A model generated the notes under the pieces. It was given only the letters and a program-made list of their open reading frames with translations. It searched no databases and had not been told where the DNA came from. 64,000 nt of DNA from the NCBI GenBank assembly GCA_947475005.1, contig CANJLI010000004.1, positions 1,942 through 65,941 on the forward strand, written 5' to 3'. Source of the DNA: Deltaproteobacteria bacterium (lineage in GTDB: Bacteria; Bdellovibrionota_B; Oligoflexia; Oligoflexales; Bog-1112). Of the stretch, positions 1-8,839 are shown piece after piece. Within the stretch, counting starts at the first letter, position 1. The number at the start of each line of letters is the position of its first letter. The translations under genes and the position numbers were made by a program.

Positions 1-1411
1 CTACATAGGCTTGTCTCAGAATTTCCACATTAATCTTATATTTCATGGGAGAACCTGCCATCAACTGGGCACATTCCTCATAGGGTTGAAACACAATAAA
101 ATCCACATCGGGATAACGTTCTGTGATGTGCGACAGCGCCGTGCGAAAGCGCGTATACACCAGGGTTTTGATGGTTTGAATCAAGTTAAAAACCCCTCCT
201 TGAGCATCCATGCCCTCTTCGTGGGTGGTGTAGTAAGGCTTGAGGGGATCGATAATAAAAATAAGACTGCAGCCCCGTTTTACCATCCACTCGAGATTGC
301 ATGTGCGGGTAATCTGACCATCGATGTAGTTTTTACCCGCAATGGTATGAGGGGTAAACACCGGAGGCAGCGCACAAGAGGCGCGCACGGCATCGCTAAT
401 TTTTGTATCTTGCCAAGGGGCTGCGCCGAAGATCACATGCTCATAGTTGTCTTGACTGGTGGCACCGATGATCAGTTCTCTCTCTAAGCTCGCAAAGGAA
501 TCATCTCCTCCATATTCCACAATGGCATTGGCGATGTATTCTCGCAGGTAATCACCTTTGAAAAACCCGGTGGGAATGCTGCGGAAAAATTTTTGGGCCC
601 ACTGGTAGGGGTCCAACCCTGACCATCGCAAGCTCTGCTTTGCGATACGGGAAATAATTTCCTTGCCTGCAAAATCATAGAGGGAAGATCCCTTCATCTG
701 GGGCAAGCGTTCTGATTTCCCAAAGAGAGAGGCAACCACCTCTTCCAATGGAATCTTACTGGCGAGAATGGTCGCTACGATAGACCCCGAGCTCACACCG
801 GAGTAGAGGTTGCAGTCTGCAAACGAGCGCCCCTTTAAGCTTGATTCCAAGGCATAAGAACACCCCACTTGATACAGAAACCCTTCGAGGCCCCCTCCGC
901 TTAAGGCACAACCGATTTTGTGTTGGTTGTGCCGAAGATCGGCCGCAAGCAACTTCCCGATAAAACGAAGAATACGAGCCAAACTATCCGGAGCGACCAA
1001 TACATCTCGTACTTGTTCTCTTCCCAACACAAACGTGCGATGGGGGGAGTCTTTGCGGTCTTCCAATATCACCACCGTGCGTCCCATCGGGAATTGAAAA
1101 TCAGGGCCCCACAGTTCTGCCAGTGCATGGAAATCTTCTTGCAGTTGGTTCATGGCAACTACGGCATCCACCCCCCCTTGCCGCTCATCGTACAACAAGA
1201 GATCCACGGGATAACGTCGTAGATGAGGCGTAATCGCATCTAACGTAGGGTAGAGGTATAAAAACACCTCCAATTCCCCAAAGGTTTTTTGCGGAATTTT
1301 ATAACGTTCTACCTGACGATCTCGACTCAATTCGGCTTGCATGTGAGCCAGACTCTCTCGTGTGAGGACCAGCTGTGCCTCGGATGCCACCAATACTAGG
1401 TTTCTTTGCAT
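1..1411 (-). CDS. Patatin-like phospholipase, C-terminus cut by window edge; about 160-aa N-terminal extension
   Basis: My own minus-strand translation from ATG 1411 (GGAGG just upstream) reads MQRNLVLVASEAQ... It has the oxyanion motif GCALSGGGLEGF, the nucleophile elbow GVSSGS and the catalytic Asp in YIDGQI. The frame stays open to base 1, so it is absent from the ORF track. Confidence 0.85.
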   Translation of the reverse strand, partial: MQRNLVLVASEAQLVLTRESLAHMQAELSRDRQVERYKIPQKTFGELEVFLYLYPTLDAITPHLRRYPVDLLLYDERQGGVDAVVAMNQLQEDFHALAELWGPDFQFPMGRTVVILEDRKDSPHRTFVLGREQVRDVLVAPDSLARILRFIGKLLAADLRHNQHKIGCALSGGGLEGFLYQVGCSYALESSLKGRSFADCNLYSGVSSGSIVATILASKIPLEEVVASLFGKSERLPQMKGSSLYDFAGKEIISRIAKQSLRWSGLDPYQWAQKFFRSIPTGFFKGDYLREYIANAIVEYGGDDSFASLERELIIGATSQDNYEHVIFGAAPWQDTKISDAVRASCALPPVFTPHTIAGKNYIDGQITRTCNLEWMVKRGCSLIFIIDPLKPYYTTHEEGMDAQGGVFNLIQTIKTLVYTRFRTALSHITERYPDVDFIVFQPYEECAQLMAGSPMKYKINVEILRQAYV

Positions 1412-1422
1412 GGGACCTCCCC

Positions 1423-3231
1423 TTATCGATGTTGATTCAACTCTTGGAGTAGGGTTTTGGCATCGGTATATCCCGTGATCCGAACGGCATTTTCCGGATG
1501 TGTCGGATCCACAATAAGCAGCAAAGTAGGCAAGCCAGGCGCACGATACTTTTGCAAACGCGCCTCGTTTTCTTCCGTGTCCTCTGTCAAATCCAGTTTC
1601 AGCAAGGTCCAAGCCTGCAACGCCTTTTGTACTTCTGGATCTGCAAGTGTAGTCGTATCCATCTTTTTACACGCCTCACACCACTCGGCCCACATATCGA
1701 TCAAGAGAGGTTTCTTCTCTTCAATTGCGGTAGCGAAGGCTTGCACCTCCTCTAGATTCCATTGTACCCCAGACTCGGTTTGTACCGTCGGATGAGTGAC
1801 CCGCTCAAAGCCAGCAAACAGAGCCAAAGACAAACACAGACTCACCGCAAGGGAGGATCTGCGCTGCTGGGTTCTGCTTGTGACCCGTTGCCAAACGATG
1901 AGGCAAACACCGAGAGCAAAGGCGACGAGCCCGATTTGCCCCCAACTGTGCTGCAAGCTTTTGAAGGTGGTATAGAAAGGCACTCGCAAATAATACCAAC
2001 CCAATGCCAACATGATAGAGGCGAAGCCGACTTTCACCGTATGATCAAAGTGACGAGGTAACTTGACCTTCTTGATTGCCTGGGTGGCCTCTGCAAGGGC
2101 TACGTACGGAAGAGCAAACCCGATGCTATAGACCAACATGAAGAGACTTGCGCGCCACGGATGCCCTGAGGTTGCCGTGTAGGTGAGCAGCGCTGCGAGG
2201 ATGGGCCCTGTGCACGGGGCTGCTACGAAGCCAGCTCCGATCCCCAGCACAAAGGCATTGAGGATCCAGTGACGGGAGTGTTGGAATTTAAATCCAAAGG
2301 CTTGGGTGCGGTTCCAGTGGCCATACCCCAACATGGAGCAGGCGATACCGATCATAAGCAAGGCAAAAGCCAAGTTGACAGCTGGATGGGCCATGAACTG
2401 CCCGAAGAGTCCCCCAGTCCATGCGGTAACAAGGGCCAAGGACGTGTAGGTAGCCACGATCCCAGCTGCATAACTGAAGCCGGCAAGCAGGGCTGAGCTC
2501 TTCTTTTTTGTCTTATGCTGTCCCAAGAGACCGATGGTGATGGGGATCATGGGGTATACGCATGGGGTAAGGTTCGTAAACAGGCCTCCCAGGAAGAGAA
2601 GGAGCAAGAGCCAGCCCCATGCACCTGAGCGCAGCAGCTGGTCTGTCTCTTGGGCATCCAGGCTTAGAGCTTTTGTCAGGGAAGAGGGTATTGCTGCGTC
2701 CTGCGGGGACACCCCGTTGGAGTGTCCCCGGGGGGCAGGCGTGAAGGCCTCGGCCTTGGAAAGAACCGGGAGGCTGATTTCTTGGGTGTAAGGATGCAAG
2801 CAAATGCTGGCACAGCCTACGGAGCGAACGTGGATCATGAAGTTGGCGGCAGTGTCTGTGGGGGAGGCTTGTACCCCTAATTCGAAGTCCCCTGCGGTGT
2901 AGACCCCCGTTTTTTTACCCGTGTCGCTCAGGGGGTCTGGGACTTCTTCTGGAGGAGGGGCGCGCAAGACTTCCACGGGGAGGCCCGCAGGGGTTTCAAA
3001 CTTGAGATTGTGGGTATATACGGAAAAACCCTGAAAAGTTTGAAGGCGAAGGGAGAGGACGAGGTACCCATTGCTATACCGCGTGGCACCTGCCCCCTGC
3101 CATACGATGACATCTTGAGGGCGAATATTGAGGCCTTCTCCGGTAGAAAAAGGGGTAAAAACCGACGATCCTTGCCCCATTGTGAGGGGGGCGGCCCACA
3201 TAAAACCGAGTATCAATAGCAGCTTGTACAT
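1423..3231 (-). CDS. dsbD: Thiol:disulfide interchange protein DsbD (protein-disulfide reductase)
   Basis: ORF 1423..3261, with the start moved to ATG 3231 (signal MYKLLLILGFMWAAPL, GGAGA upstream). It has the TM Cys motifs TPCVYPMIP and APCTGPILA and a C-terminal thioredoxin WAEWCEACK. Confidence 0.9.
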   Translation of the reverse strand: MYKLLLILGFMWAAPLTMGQGSSVFTPFSTGEGLNIRPQDVIVWQGAGATRYSNGYLVLSLRLQTFQGFSVYTHNLKFETPAGLPVEVLRAPPPEEVPDPLSDTGKKTGVYTAGDFELGVQASPTDTAANFMIHVRSVGCASICLHPYTQEISLPVLSKAEAFTPAPRGHSNGVSPQDAAIPSSLTKALSLDAQETDQLLRSGAWGWLLLLLFLGGLFTNLTPCVYPMIPITIGLLGQHKTKKKSSALLAGFSYAAGIVATYTSLALVTAWTGGLFGQFMAHPAVNLAFALLMIGIACSMLGYGHWNRTQAFGFKFQHSRHWILNAFVLGIGAGFVAAPCTGPILAALLTYTATSGHPWRASLFMLVYSIGFALPYVALAEATQAIKKVKLPRHFDHTVKVGFASIMLALGWYYLRVPFYTTFKSLQHSWGQIGLVAFALGVCLIVWQRVTSRTQQRRSSLAVSLCLSLALFAGFERVTHPTVQTESGVQWNLEEVQAFATAIEEKKPLLIDMWAEWCEACKKMDTTTLADPEVQKALQAWTLLKLDLTEDTEENEARLQKYRAPGLPTLLLIVDPTHPENAVRITGYTDAKTLLQELNQHR

Positions 3232-3466
3232 AGAGTCTCCTTTTTGGTTCCCACCTCTCACTACCCTTCGGTCGGTGCAAGGCCTTGAGTAGGCGGAAAA
3301 ATTCAGTTGAACCTTCTGTCAACCTTCAGTATAAGAGCGGTTTACTCCAATGGATGGAAAGGTCTCCCGCCAACATGCGCCGCCTCTCCCTATAACCCAT
3401 TGGAAATCGAAATGAAAAGATAAAATTTGACAGATTTTCTGTCCTGTTTCTACAAATGAGGCTTTT

Positions 3467-3781
3467 ATGTTCCGCAGTAAACTACGAAAAGGCGATGAAG
3501 TAATCGTGATCGCCGGTGGGTCCAAAGGAAACACAGGTAAGATTGATCGTTTTGATCGCGAGAAGAATCGTGTCTACGTAGCTGGCGTTAACGTACGCAA
3601 GAAGCACCAACGTTCTTCCGGTGAAGGCTCTGAAGGCGGTATCGTCGACAAAGTGATGCCGATCCATATCAGCAACCTTGCACTCGTCGACCCAAAAGAA
3701 AAGAAAGCCACCCGTATCGGCTTTCAAGTACAAGACGGCAAAAAAGTACGTGTAGCTAAGAAATCAGCTTCCGTACTGTAA
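3467..3781 (+). CDS. rplX: 50S ribosomal protein L24
   Basis: The 104-aa ORF is collinear by eye with bacterial L24. It has the KOW block KGDEVIVIAGGSKGNTGKI and the C-terminal RIGFQVQDGKKVRVAKKS. Confidence 0.9.
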   Translation: MFRSKLRKGDEVIVIAGGSKGNTGKIDRFDREKNRVYVAGVNVRKKHQRSSGEGSEGGIVDKVMPIHISNLALVDPKEKKATRIGFQVQDGKKVRVAKKSASVL

Positions 3782-3801
3782 GCTCTTCTTTTTCTGGAAA
3801 A

Positions 3802-3843
3802 GGGGGACTCTCACTTTTGGTGGGTGTCCCCCCTTTTTTTTTG
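3802..3843 (+). terminator. Intrinsic terminator after rplX (C-family hairpin plus T-run)
   Basis: The hairpin GGGGGACTCTCAC-TTTT-GGTGGGTGTCCCCC is followed by a run of about 10 T, 20 nt after the rplX stop. Confidence 0.75.
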
Positions 3844-3890
3844 GTATAAAATAAGACTAGGCGCCTACCTTTTTCGATAAAGAGAAAAAA

Positions 3891-4274
3891 ATGAATGCAG
3901 CTTTCAGACGTGGCGAAGCCATTACTCGGTTGGAGAGTTATTCCGAGGTAATCGTTTTGCATTTGACCTTGATCACGTTATTTCCTGATTCCCGAGATCT
4001 CACCCATTGGACTGCGGAATTAGAGGCCTTTGCGGGGGTCCTTCGTCGATATGACAAGGCCAAAACAAAAGCCAAGCACAACTTTTCTCCGGAAGATGTA
4101 GAGCGAGCTCTTTTGGATGTGTTGGAAGGCAATCGAGGCAAAGACTACATCATCCAAGATGTCATGGGCGTTAAAAAAGGCATTGTCCTAGACTACACGC
4201 AGGTAGATTGGGGAAAAGTAGAAAAAGCAATTACACTTTTTTCAAAGAACCTTTTTCACGAGTGCTCTCTTTGA
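3891..4274 (+). CDS. Hypothetical protein
   Basis: A 127-aa ORF in an AT-richer stretch with only a weak RBS. I recognise no motif. Confidence 0.5.
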   Translation: MNAAFRRGEAITRLESYSEVIVLHLTLITLFPDSRDLTHWTAELEAFAGVLRRYDKAKTKAKHNFSPEDVERALLDVLEGNRGKDYIIQDVMGVKKGIVLDYTQVDWGKVEKAITLFSKNLFHECSL

Positions 4275-4409
4275 TCAGTCGACGTTAGATTCAGGACAGT
4301 TAGCATCTGATAAAGGCGCTGACTTGGCTTTAAAGTATTTTGAAAATCAAAAATGGAATTTGCGCATGAGGACGTTAGGCCGCTTTGAAACTGCGCTTGT
4401 CATAGACTC

Positions 4410-5747
4410 TCACTCTTTAGGTTCGTCAAATAATTTCCGGACCTGCTCTTCAGTCAACCCTGGCTTTAGATTTGCATATTTTATATAGGTCTCGGCCGTT
4501 AACAAACTTTGCTTATACAGCACGGAATGCCTTAACTCTACGCCTTGTGGTATACGATATCCAACCACCCCGGATTTGCTAGAAAATCCGATTCCTCGAG
4601 GAACCTGCTCATCAAAATCAGAGAGTATTTTTTCTATTGTTCTCTCAAAATCTGTTGATATTCCTCTTTTGTCCAGAAGAGTGCTATACCAGCCAATATG
4701 ATATGAGATTAAGGAGTTAAGTGAAAGAACCATAGCGGACTCTAGTAACGAATGATGATACTCCTGGGTCAACACAATGACAGGAAGTAAAATTAAGGCG
4801 TCTAAGTTAGAATAAATTCTTTGAACCCTATCAGCTATGAGGCTTTTTGCAGGTTCTGTAGCGAGCTTAACTTTTACTTCTAGGAGAGAAATCGCCTGAA
4901 AGATGCCAAAGAGAGTATCTGCTGTAGTTCCTGAAATATCAGCCCCTTGAGGCAGGCAGTATATTGTGTCTATTTTTTTAACCGTGCTGTCATCCTTTAG
5001 CTCTGCCATCATAATGCCTGTGATCGGGGTTCTCAAATTTAAATAATCTATCAAATGGTTAGGGAGGGTTTTTTTTGCTTTTGCTCGTTTTTTATATTTT
5101 GTAAATGGATCTCCTGTATAGAGATTACCAATCCTCAGGGTTTTTTCTCTCCATAATTTCCTCGCACTCTCGCCTGAAGTAATCAGATCATAACGAGAGC
5201 TAAAACCAAAATTCACAAGTTGATAAAGCTTTTGGACAGGCATGGGTTCATCTAATGAAAACTCAGATTTTATTTTTTGTGCTTCATCTTTAAGGCCTGA
5301 AAAATATTCGAAAAAAGCCGCATAGAGGCGATAAAGTGCTGCATATTTGCTTAAATCCCACCATATTACTGGTTGATCTGCTAAGTTAAACAGTTGATTT
5401 ACTGTTGGCCCGTGAGTTGGATCCCATAAGCTTAGACCTTGTAGCTCAGCTTTTATAAATTTTTCGAGCTCTCTATTGGAGATATTTTCTTTTGCAATGA
5501 GATCATTGAGATGACTAGCAGAGGTTTTTGCGAGATCATAAAAAATTCCCTGAATCTCTTCATTGTTTGTATAAGCGCGAGAAAGCTCTTGCGCCAAAAG
5601 GATATCTGTCTGTTCACGCTGTGCGACGATTTTTTGAACCTCCTCTACTTGCGTGATGGGAATCAACGAGTCAAAAAGTGGCTTTGCTTGAAGTAATCCG
5701 GTTATAAAGAATGTTTGAATGGAAATGTTTCCTACTAGTTTTAACAT
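4410..5747 (-). CDS. Hypothetical protein (445 aa, orphan-like)
   Basis: A long ORF with AGGAA before ATG 5747 and AT-richer composition. I recognise no catalytic or domain motif. Confidence 0.65.
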   Translation of the reverse strand: MLKLVGNISIQTFFITGLLQAKPLFDSLIPITQVEEVQKIVAQREQTDILLAQELSRAYTNNEEIQGIFYDLAKTSASHLNDLIAKENISNRELEKFIKAELQGLSLWDPTHGPTVNQLFNLADQPVIWWDLSKYAALYRLYAAFFEYFSGLKDEAQKIKSEFSLDEPMPVQKLYQLVNFGFSSRYDLITSGESARKLWREKTLRIGNLYTGDPFTKYKKRAKAKKTLPNHLIDYLNLRTPITGIMMAELKDDSTVKKIDTIYCLPQGADISGTTADTLFGIFQAISLLEVKVKLATEPAKSLIADRVQRIYSNLDALILLPVIVLTQEYHHSLLESAMVLSLNSLISYHIGWYSTLLDKRGISTDFERTIEKILSDFDEQVPRGIGFSSKSGVVGYRIPQGVELRHSVLYKQSLLTAETYIKYANLKPGLTEEQVRKLFDEPKE

Positions 5748-6075
5748 TTTTTAATTCCTAGCATTAAACTTGTGTGTCTCTCTCTCCTTTCGGAAAACCG
5801 GCATCTTTCTTTAATTTTTTTATCGAAAAAAAGAAGCTTGGTTGGGGCATAGGTATGCATCGATTCTTCTTGCGAGCTCTCTCATTGCGACGGAAGGCGC
5901 AGCCAAAACTGCGCAGCTGGTTTCCAGAAATGAAAGGCAACTGCCCAGGTAGTTACAAAGAATGAAAGAATGAAAGAACCCCACACTTTACACTCCCATA
6001 TTCATAATCAGTTGATATTATTTGATTTTTTAGCAGAATCAGGGTCTTCAGTTGTTTACTCAAGGAGACCCCCCT

Positions 6076-8325
6076 ATGATGCTTCGACGACAGGTGTTGG
6101 TTGCTAGCTCTCTTCTCTCCTCTTGCCTTGCCTTTGCCGCAGATGTCCCAAAGTGGATTAATCCCGGCGGCATGTGGATGCCAGAACAAATCAAGCAGCA
6201 AAAAGGGCTGCTTGGAAAATTAGGGGTCCAAGACCCCGCCTTTTTCTCCGACCCCCAGCGGATGTCTTCCGTTGTGAGCCTTGGCTTCTGCTCTGCATCC
6301 TTTGTTTCCAAAAAAGGTCTGGTTATCACCAACCACCATTGTGCACGGGATGCGGTAAACCACATGACCAAAGAGGCTCTGGCCAGAGGCGATGCGTCTG
6401 CTGATTATGTCAAAACCGGCTTCTATGCAAAGAAGTTGGAGGAGGAAGCGCCTGCCGGCTCTGGCTACCATGTGTATGTCACCCAATCAGAAGAAGATGT
6501 TACCGCTCGGGTAACTGCAGGGTTAGAACTCATTGTAGATCATACAGCTAGAGGCTTTGCCCAAGAAAATCGCATCAAAGCAATCGAGCAGGATGCAGAA
6601 AAAGCAGATTCTGACATCAAGGCAGAAGTAAAAGCCTACTTTCGAGGTGAGAAATTCATCCTCATTAAAAAGCTAAATATCAAAGATGTACGCGTGGTGT
6701 ATGTGCCCGAGAATCGCATTGGAAATTTTGGTGGAGAGACAGACAACTGGCATTGGCAGCGACAAGTAGGAGACTATTCCTTCTTGCGTGCCTATGTGTC
6801 TCCAGATGGCAAGTCCCGAGAATATCATAAAGATAACGTGCCCTATGCGCCAAAAAGCTTCTTACAGATCGAACCTCTTGGCATCAAGGAAGGTGACCTT
6901 GCCTTGGTGGCTGGATATCCAGGCAGAACCGTACGTCTCCATACAGCGGGTGAAATTAAATGGCGTGTAGAAGAATTTATCCCCTTTACACAAAAGAAAT
7001 ACGGTTCTCTACGTACCCTGCTAGGTGAACTCAGCGGCAAAAAAGAGGATTGGCGCAAAAAGTTGGATGGTCGAATTAAATCATTAGATAATTCGATGAA
7101 CAATTATAAAGAATCCATGGCTGCTCTGAAAAGAATTAACTATGTAGCCAAGAAAAAAGAGCAACAAGATGCCATGTCCGTATGGGGAAAAGGTGCTCCG
7201 CGCTATACGGAGGCCATAGAAGAAATGGAGATAGCAACAGCCAAATTGCGTCAAAATTGGAAAAAAGATGATGTGTTTACAAACTTTTCTGTGAATTTTA
7301 TTTCAAGTCTTATCCACGTGTTTCGTTCTGCTACTCATATTGCTCGAATGGCGGAGGAACGAAGCAAACCCGATGCAGAGCGTCATCCTGACTATCAGGA
7401 GCGCAAGTGGAAGGAAATGATTCAAGAAGAAGAGGAAGCTCAGCTTGGATATGATTCTGAGATTAGCAAGCAAATTTTACACTGGGTGTTAAAGCAAGCG
7501 ATTGACAATGCAGCAGCACCTGACTTTGTGCAAGAGGACATACTTCCGGAATTAGTCAAAGGGGATGGAGTTGATATTTACATACGTTCGCAAATCGATA
7601 AGCTCTATGTGGCTACCTCTCTGGAAAAGAAGGAAACTCGAGTACAACTTCTAAAAGAAGCGACTGTCGAAAGTCTTCATGCTAGTACAGATCCCATTAT
7701 CCAAATTGGTCTCAAGTTAGCAGCAATCCAAAAAATCCAAGATAACAAAGATCGACATGATAACGGTGTCCTCTTCAAGGTTGTACCTCGTTATATAGAT
7801 ACTTTGCGTGCATTTCTTGAAGCACAAGGGAAATTACTAGCACCCGATGCAAACAGCACATTACGTGTTACTTTTGGTCATGTGGCCGGCTATCGGAGCC
7901 AAACGAAAGAAGGTGAGTGGCAATATCCCTTTACAGATTTGGACAGTTTGGTGCAAAAGCATCGAATTGGAGACAAGGAATTTGAAGTACCAGAAAGAAT
8001 ACTTGGATCTGTGCAATGTCGTAAATTTGCTCCATTTGGCGCGGGTCCCTGTGGCAATGTACATGTGAATTTCTTGGCAGCCCTCGATACCACCGGTGGC
8101 AACAGTGGATCTGCAGCCCTCAATAGCTCTGGGAAATTAATCGGGTTGCTTTTTGATGGCAACAGCGATGCTTTGTACTCCGATTACGAGTTTAACGGAA
8201 AAGAAGTACGTTCGATTTTGGTCGACATCCGATATGTACTATGGCTTATGACATACATCGATAACACAACAAGGCTCCTCGAGGAAGTTGGGCTTGCCGG
8301 TTGGAAACAAGATCACGCAGAGTAA
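6076..8325 (+). CDS. S46 family serine dipeptidyl-peptidase (DPP7/DPP11-like), secreted
   Basis: ORF 6052..8325, with the start set at ATG 6076 (AAGGAGA 7 nt upstream, signal MMLRRQVLVASSLLSSCLAFA). The catalytic blocks are LVITNHHCA (His) and DTTGGNSGSA (Ser). Confidence 0.9.
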   Translation: MMLRRQVLVASSLLSSCLAFAADVPKWINPGGMWMPEQIKQQKGLLGKLGVQDPAFFSDPQRMSSVVSLGFCSASFVSKKGLVITNHHCARDAVNHMTKEALARGDASADYVKTGFYAKKLEEEAPAGSGYHVYVTQSEEDVTARVTAGLELIVDHTARGFAQENRIKAIEQDAEKADSDIKAEVKAYFRGEKFILIKKLNIKDVRVVYVPENRIGNFGGETDNWHWQRQVGDYSFLRAYVSPDGKSREYHKDNVPYAPKSFLQIEPLGIKEGDLALVAGYPGRTVRLHTAGEIKWRVEEFIPFTQKKYGSLRTLLGELSGKKEDWRKKLDGRIKSLDNSMNNYKESMAALKRINYVAKKKEQQDAMSVWGKGAPRYTEAIEEMEIATAKLRQNWKKDDVFTNFSVNFISSLIHVFRSATHIARMAEERSKPDAERHPDYQERKWKEMIQEEEEAQLGYDSEISKQILHWVLKQAIDNAAAPDFVQEDILPELVKGDGVDIYIRSQIDKLYVATSLEKKETRVQLLKEATVESLHASTDPIIQIGLKLAAIQKIQDNKDRHDNGVLFKVVPRYIDTLRAFLEAQGKLLAPDANSTLRVTFGHVAGYRSQTKEGEWQYPFTDLDSLVQKHRIGDKEFEVPERILGSVQCRKFAPFGAGPCGNVHVNFLAALDTTGGNSGSAALNSSGKLIGLLFDGNSDALYSDYEFNGKEVRSILVDIRYVLWLMTYIDNTTRLLEEVGLAGWKQDHAE

Positions 8326-8335
8326 ATAGACCTGC

Positions 8336-8360
8336 GGGGACACCCGATGCGAGTGTCCCC
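8336..8360. repeat. C-family hairpin, loop type 1 (GGGGACAC-CCGATGCGA-GTGTCCCC)
   Basis: The same 25-mer, or its reverse complement, recurs at 10236, 10273, 29260, 29390, 29526, 29564, 29602 and 54367. Confidence 0.9.
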
Positions 8361-8372
8361 TTCTCCCGATTT

Positions 8373-8406
8373 GGGGACATTCACCTTTGGTGGGTGTCCC
8401 CTTTTT
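8373..8406 (+). terminator. Intrinsic terminator after the S46 peptidase gene (C-family hairpin, loop type 2)
   Basis: The hairpin GGGGACATTCACC-TTT-GGTGGGTGTCCCC is followed by TTTTT. Nearly the same hairpin occurs at 3802 and 54415. Confidence 0.7.
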
Positions 8407-8506
8407 ACTTCTTTTTATATCGCCAAAATTAAAAGTTGACTCCATAAAAAATACTCCGTACGTTGTTAGTAGATTCAAAAACATCTAGTAATTTTCGGAG
8501 GTTCCA

Positions 8507-8839
8507 ATGAAATTGGTGGCAGCATCTTTATTGTCTCTTTCTTTGTTTTCCAATCTAGCCATGGCAAGTGAGTTGCGATTTTTGTGCAGAAGTGACGACC
8601 GCAGTCTATTGGTGCGTGTAGTGCCAAGTGAAGGCGTTACGATTCAAAAAACAGACGGCCGTGGGCTACCTGCCTACTTTTTGCCATGCGATGAAGGTAC
8701 AGGAAACAACTGGCTGATCTGTGAAGAAACAGATGGCCGTACATTTGAATTCTTCGTAGGTGGAAGAGGCGGCGTCTATCACGGTTCACACAAAGACACC
8801 CCTGTTACCTGTTTCCAAACCAGCCGTGGCCAAGAATAA
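8507..8839 (+). CDS. Small secreted Cys-containing protein, hypothetical
   Basis: A 110-aa ORF with GGAGG before the ATG, the signal MKLVAASLLSLSLFSNLAMA and four Cys in the mature part. Confidence 0.65.
   Translation: MKLVAASLLSLSLFSNLAMASELRFLCRSDDRSLLVRVVPSEGVTIQKTDGRGLPAYFLPCDEGTGNNWLICEETDGRTFEFFVGGRGGVYHGSHKDTPVTCFQTSRGQE

Noticed and set aside
11-487. A 158-aa plus-strand ORF sits at the window start.
   Set aside because: The opposite strand encodes the C-terminal part of a patatin-like lipase with intact catalytic motifs, so the plus ORF is an antisense shadow.
3427-3456. TTGACA-N18-TACAAA upstream of rplX as its promoter.
   Set aside because: The -10 element would lie only ~10 nt from the ATG and would place the GAGG Shine-Dalgarno upstream of the transcription start. 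This is possible only for a leaderless mRNA and is not supportable from sequence alone.
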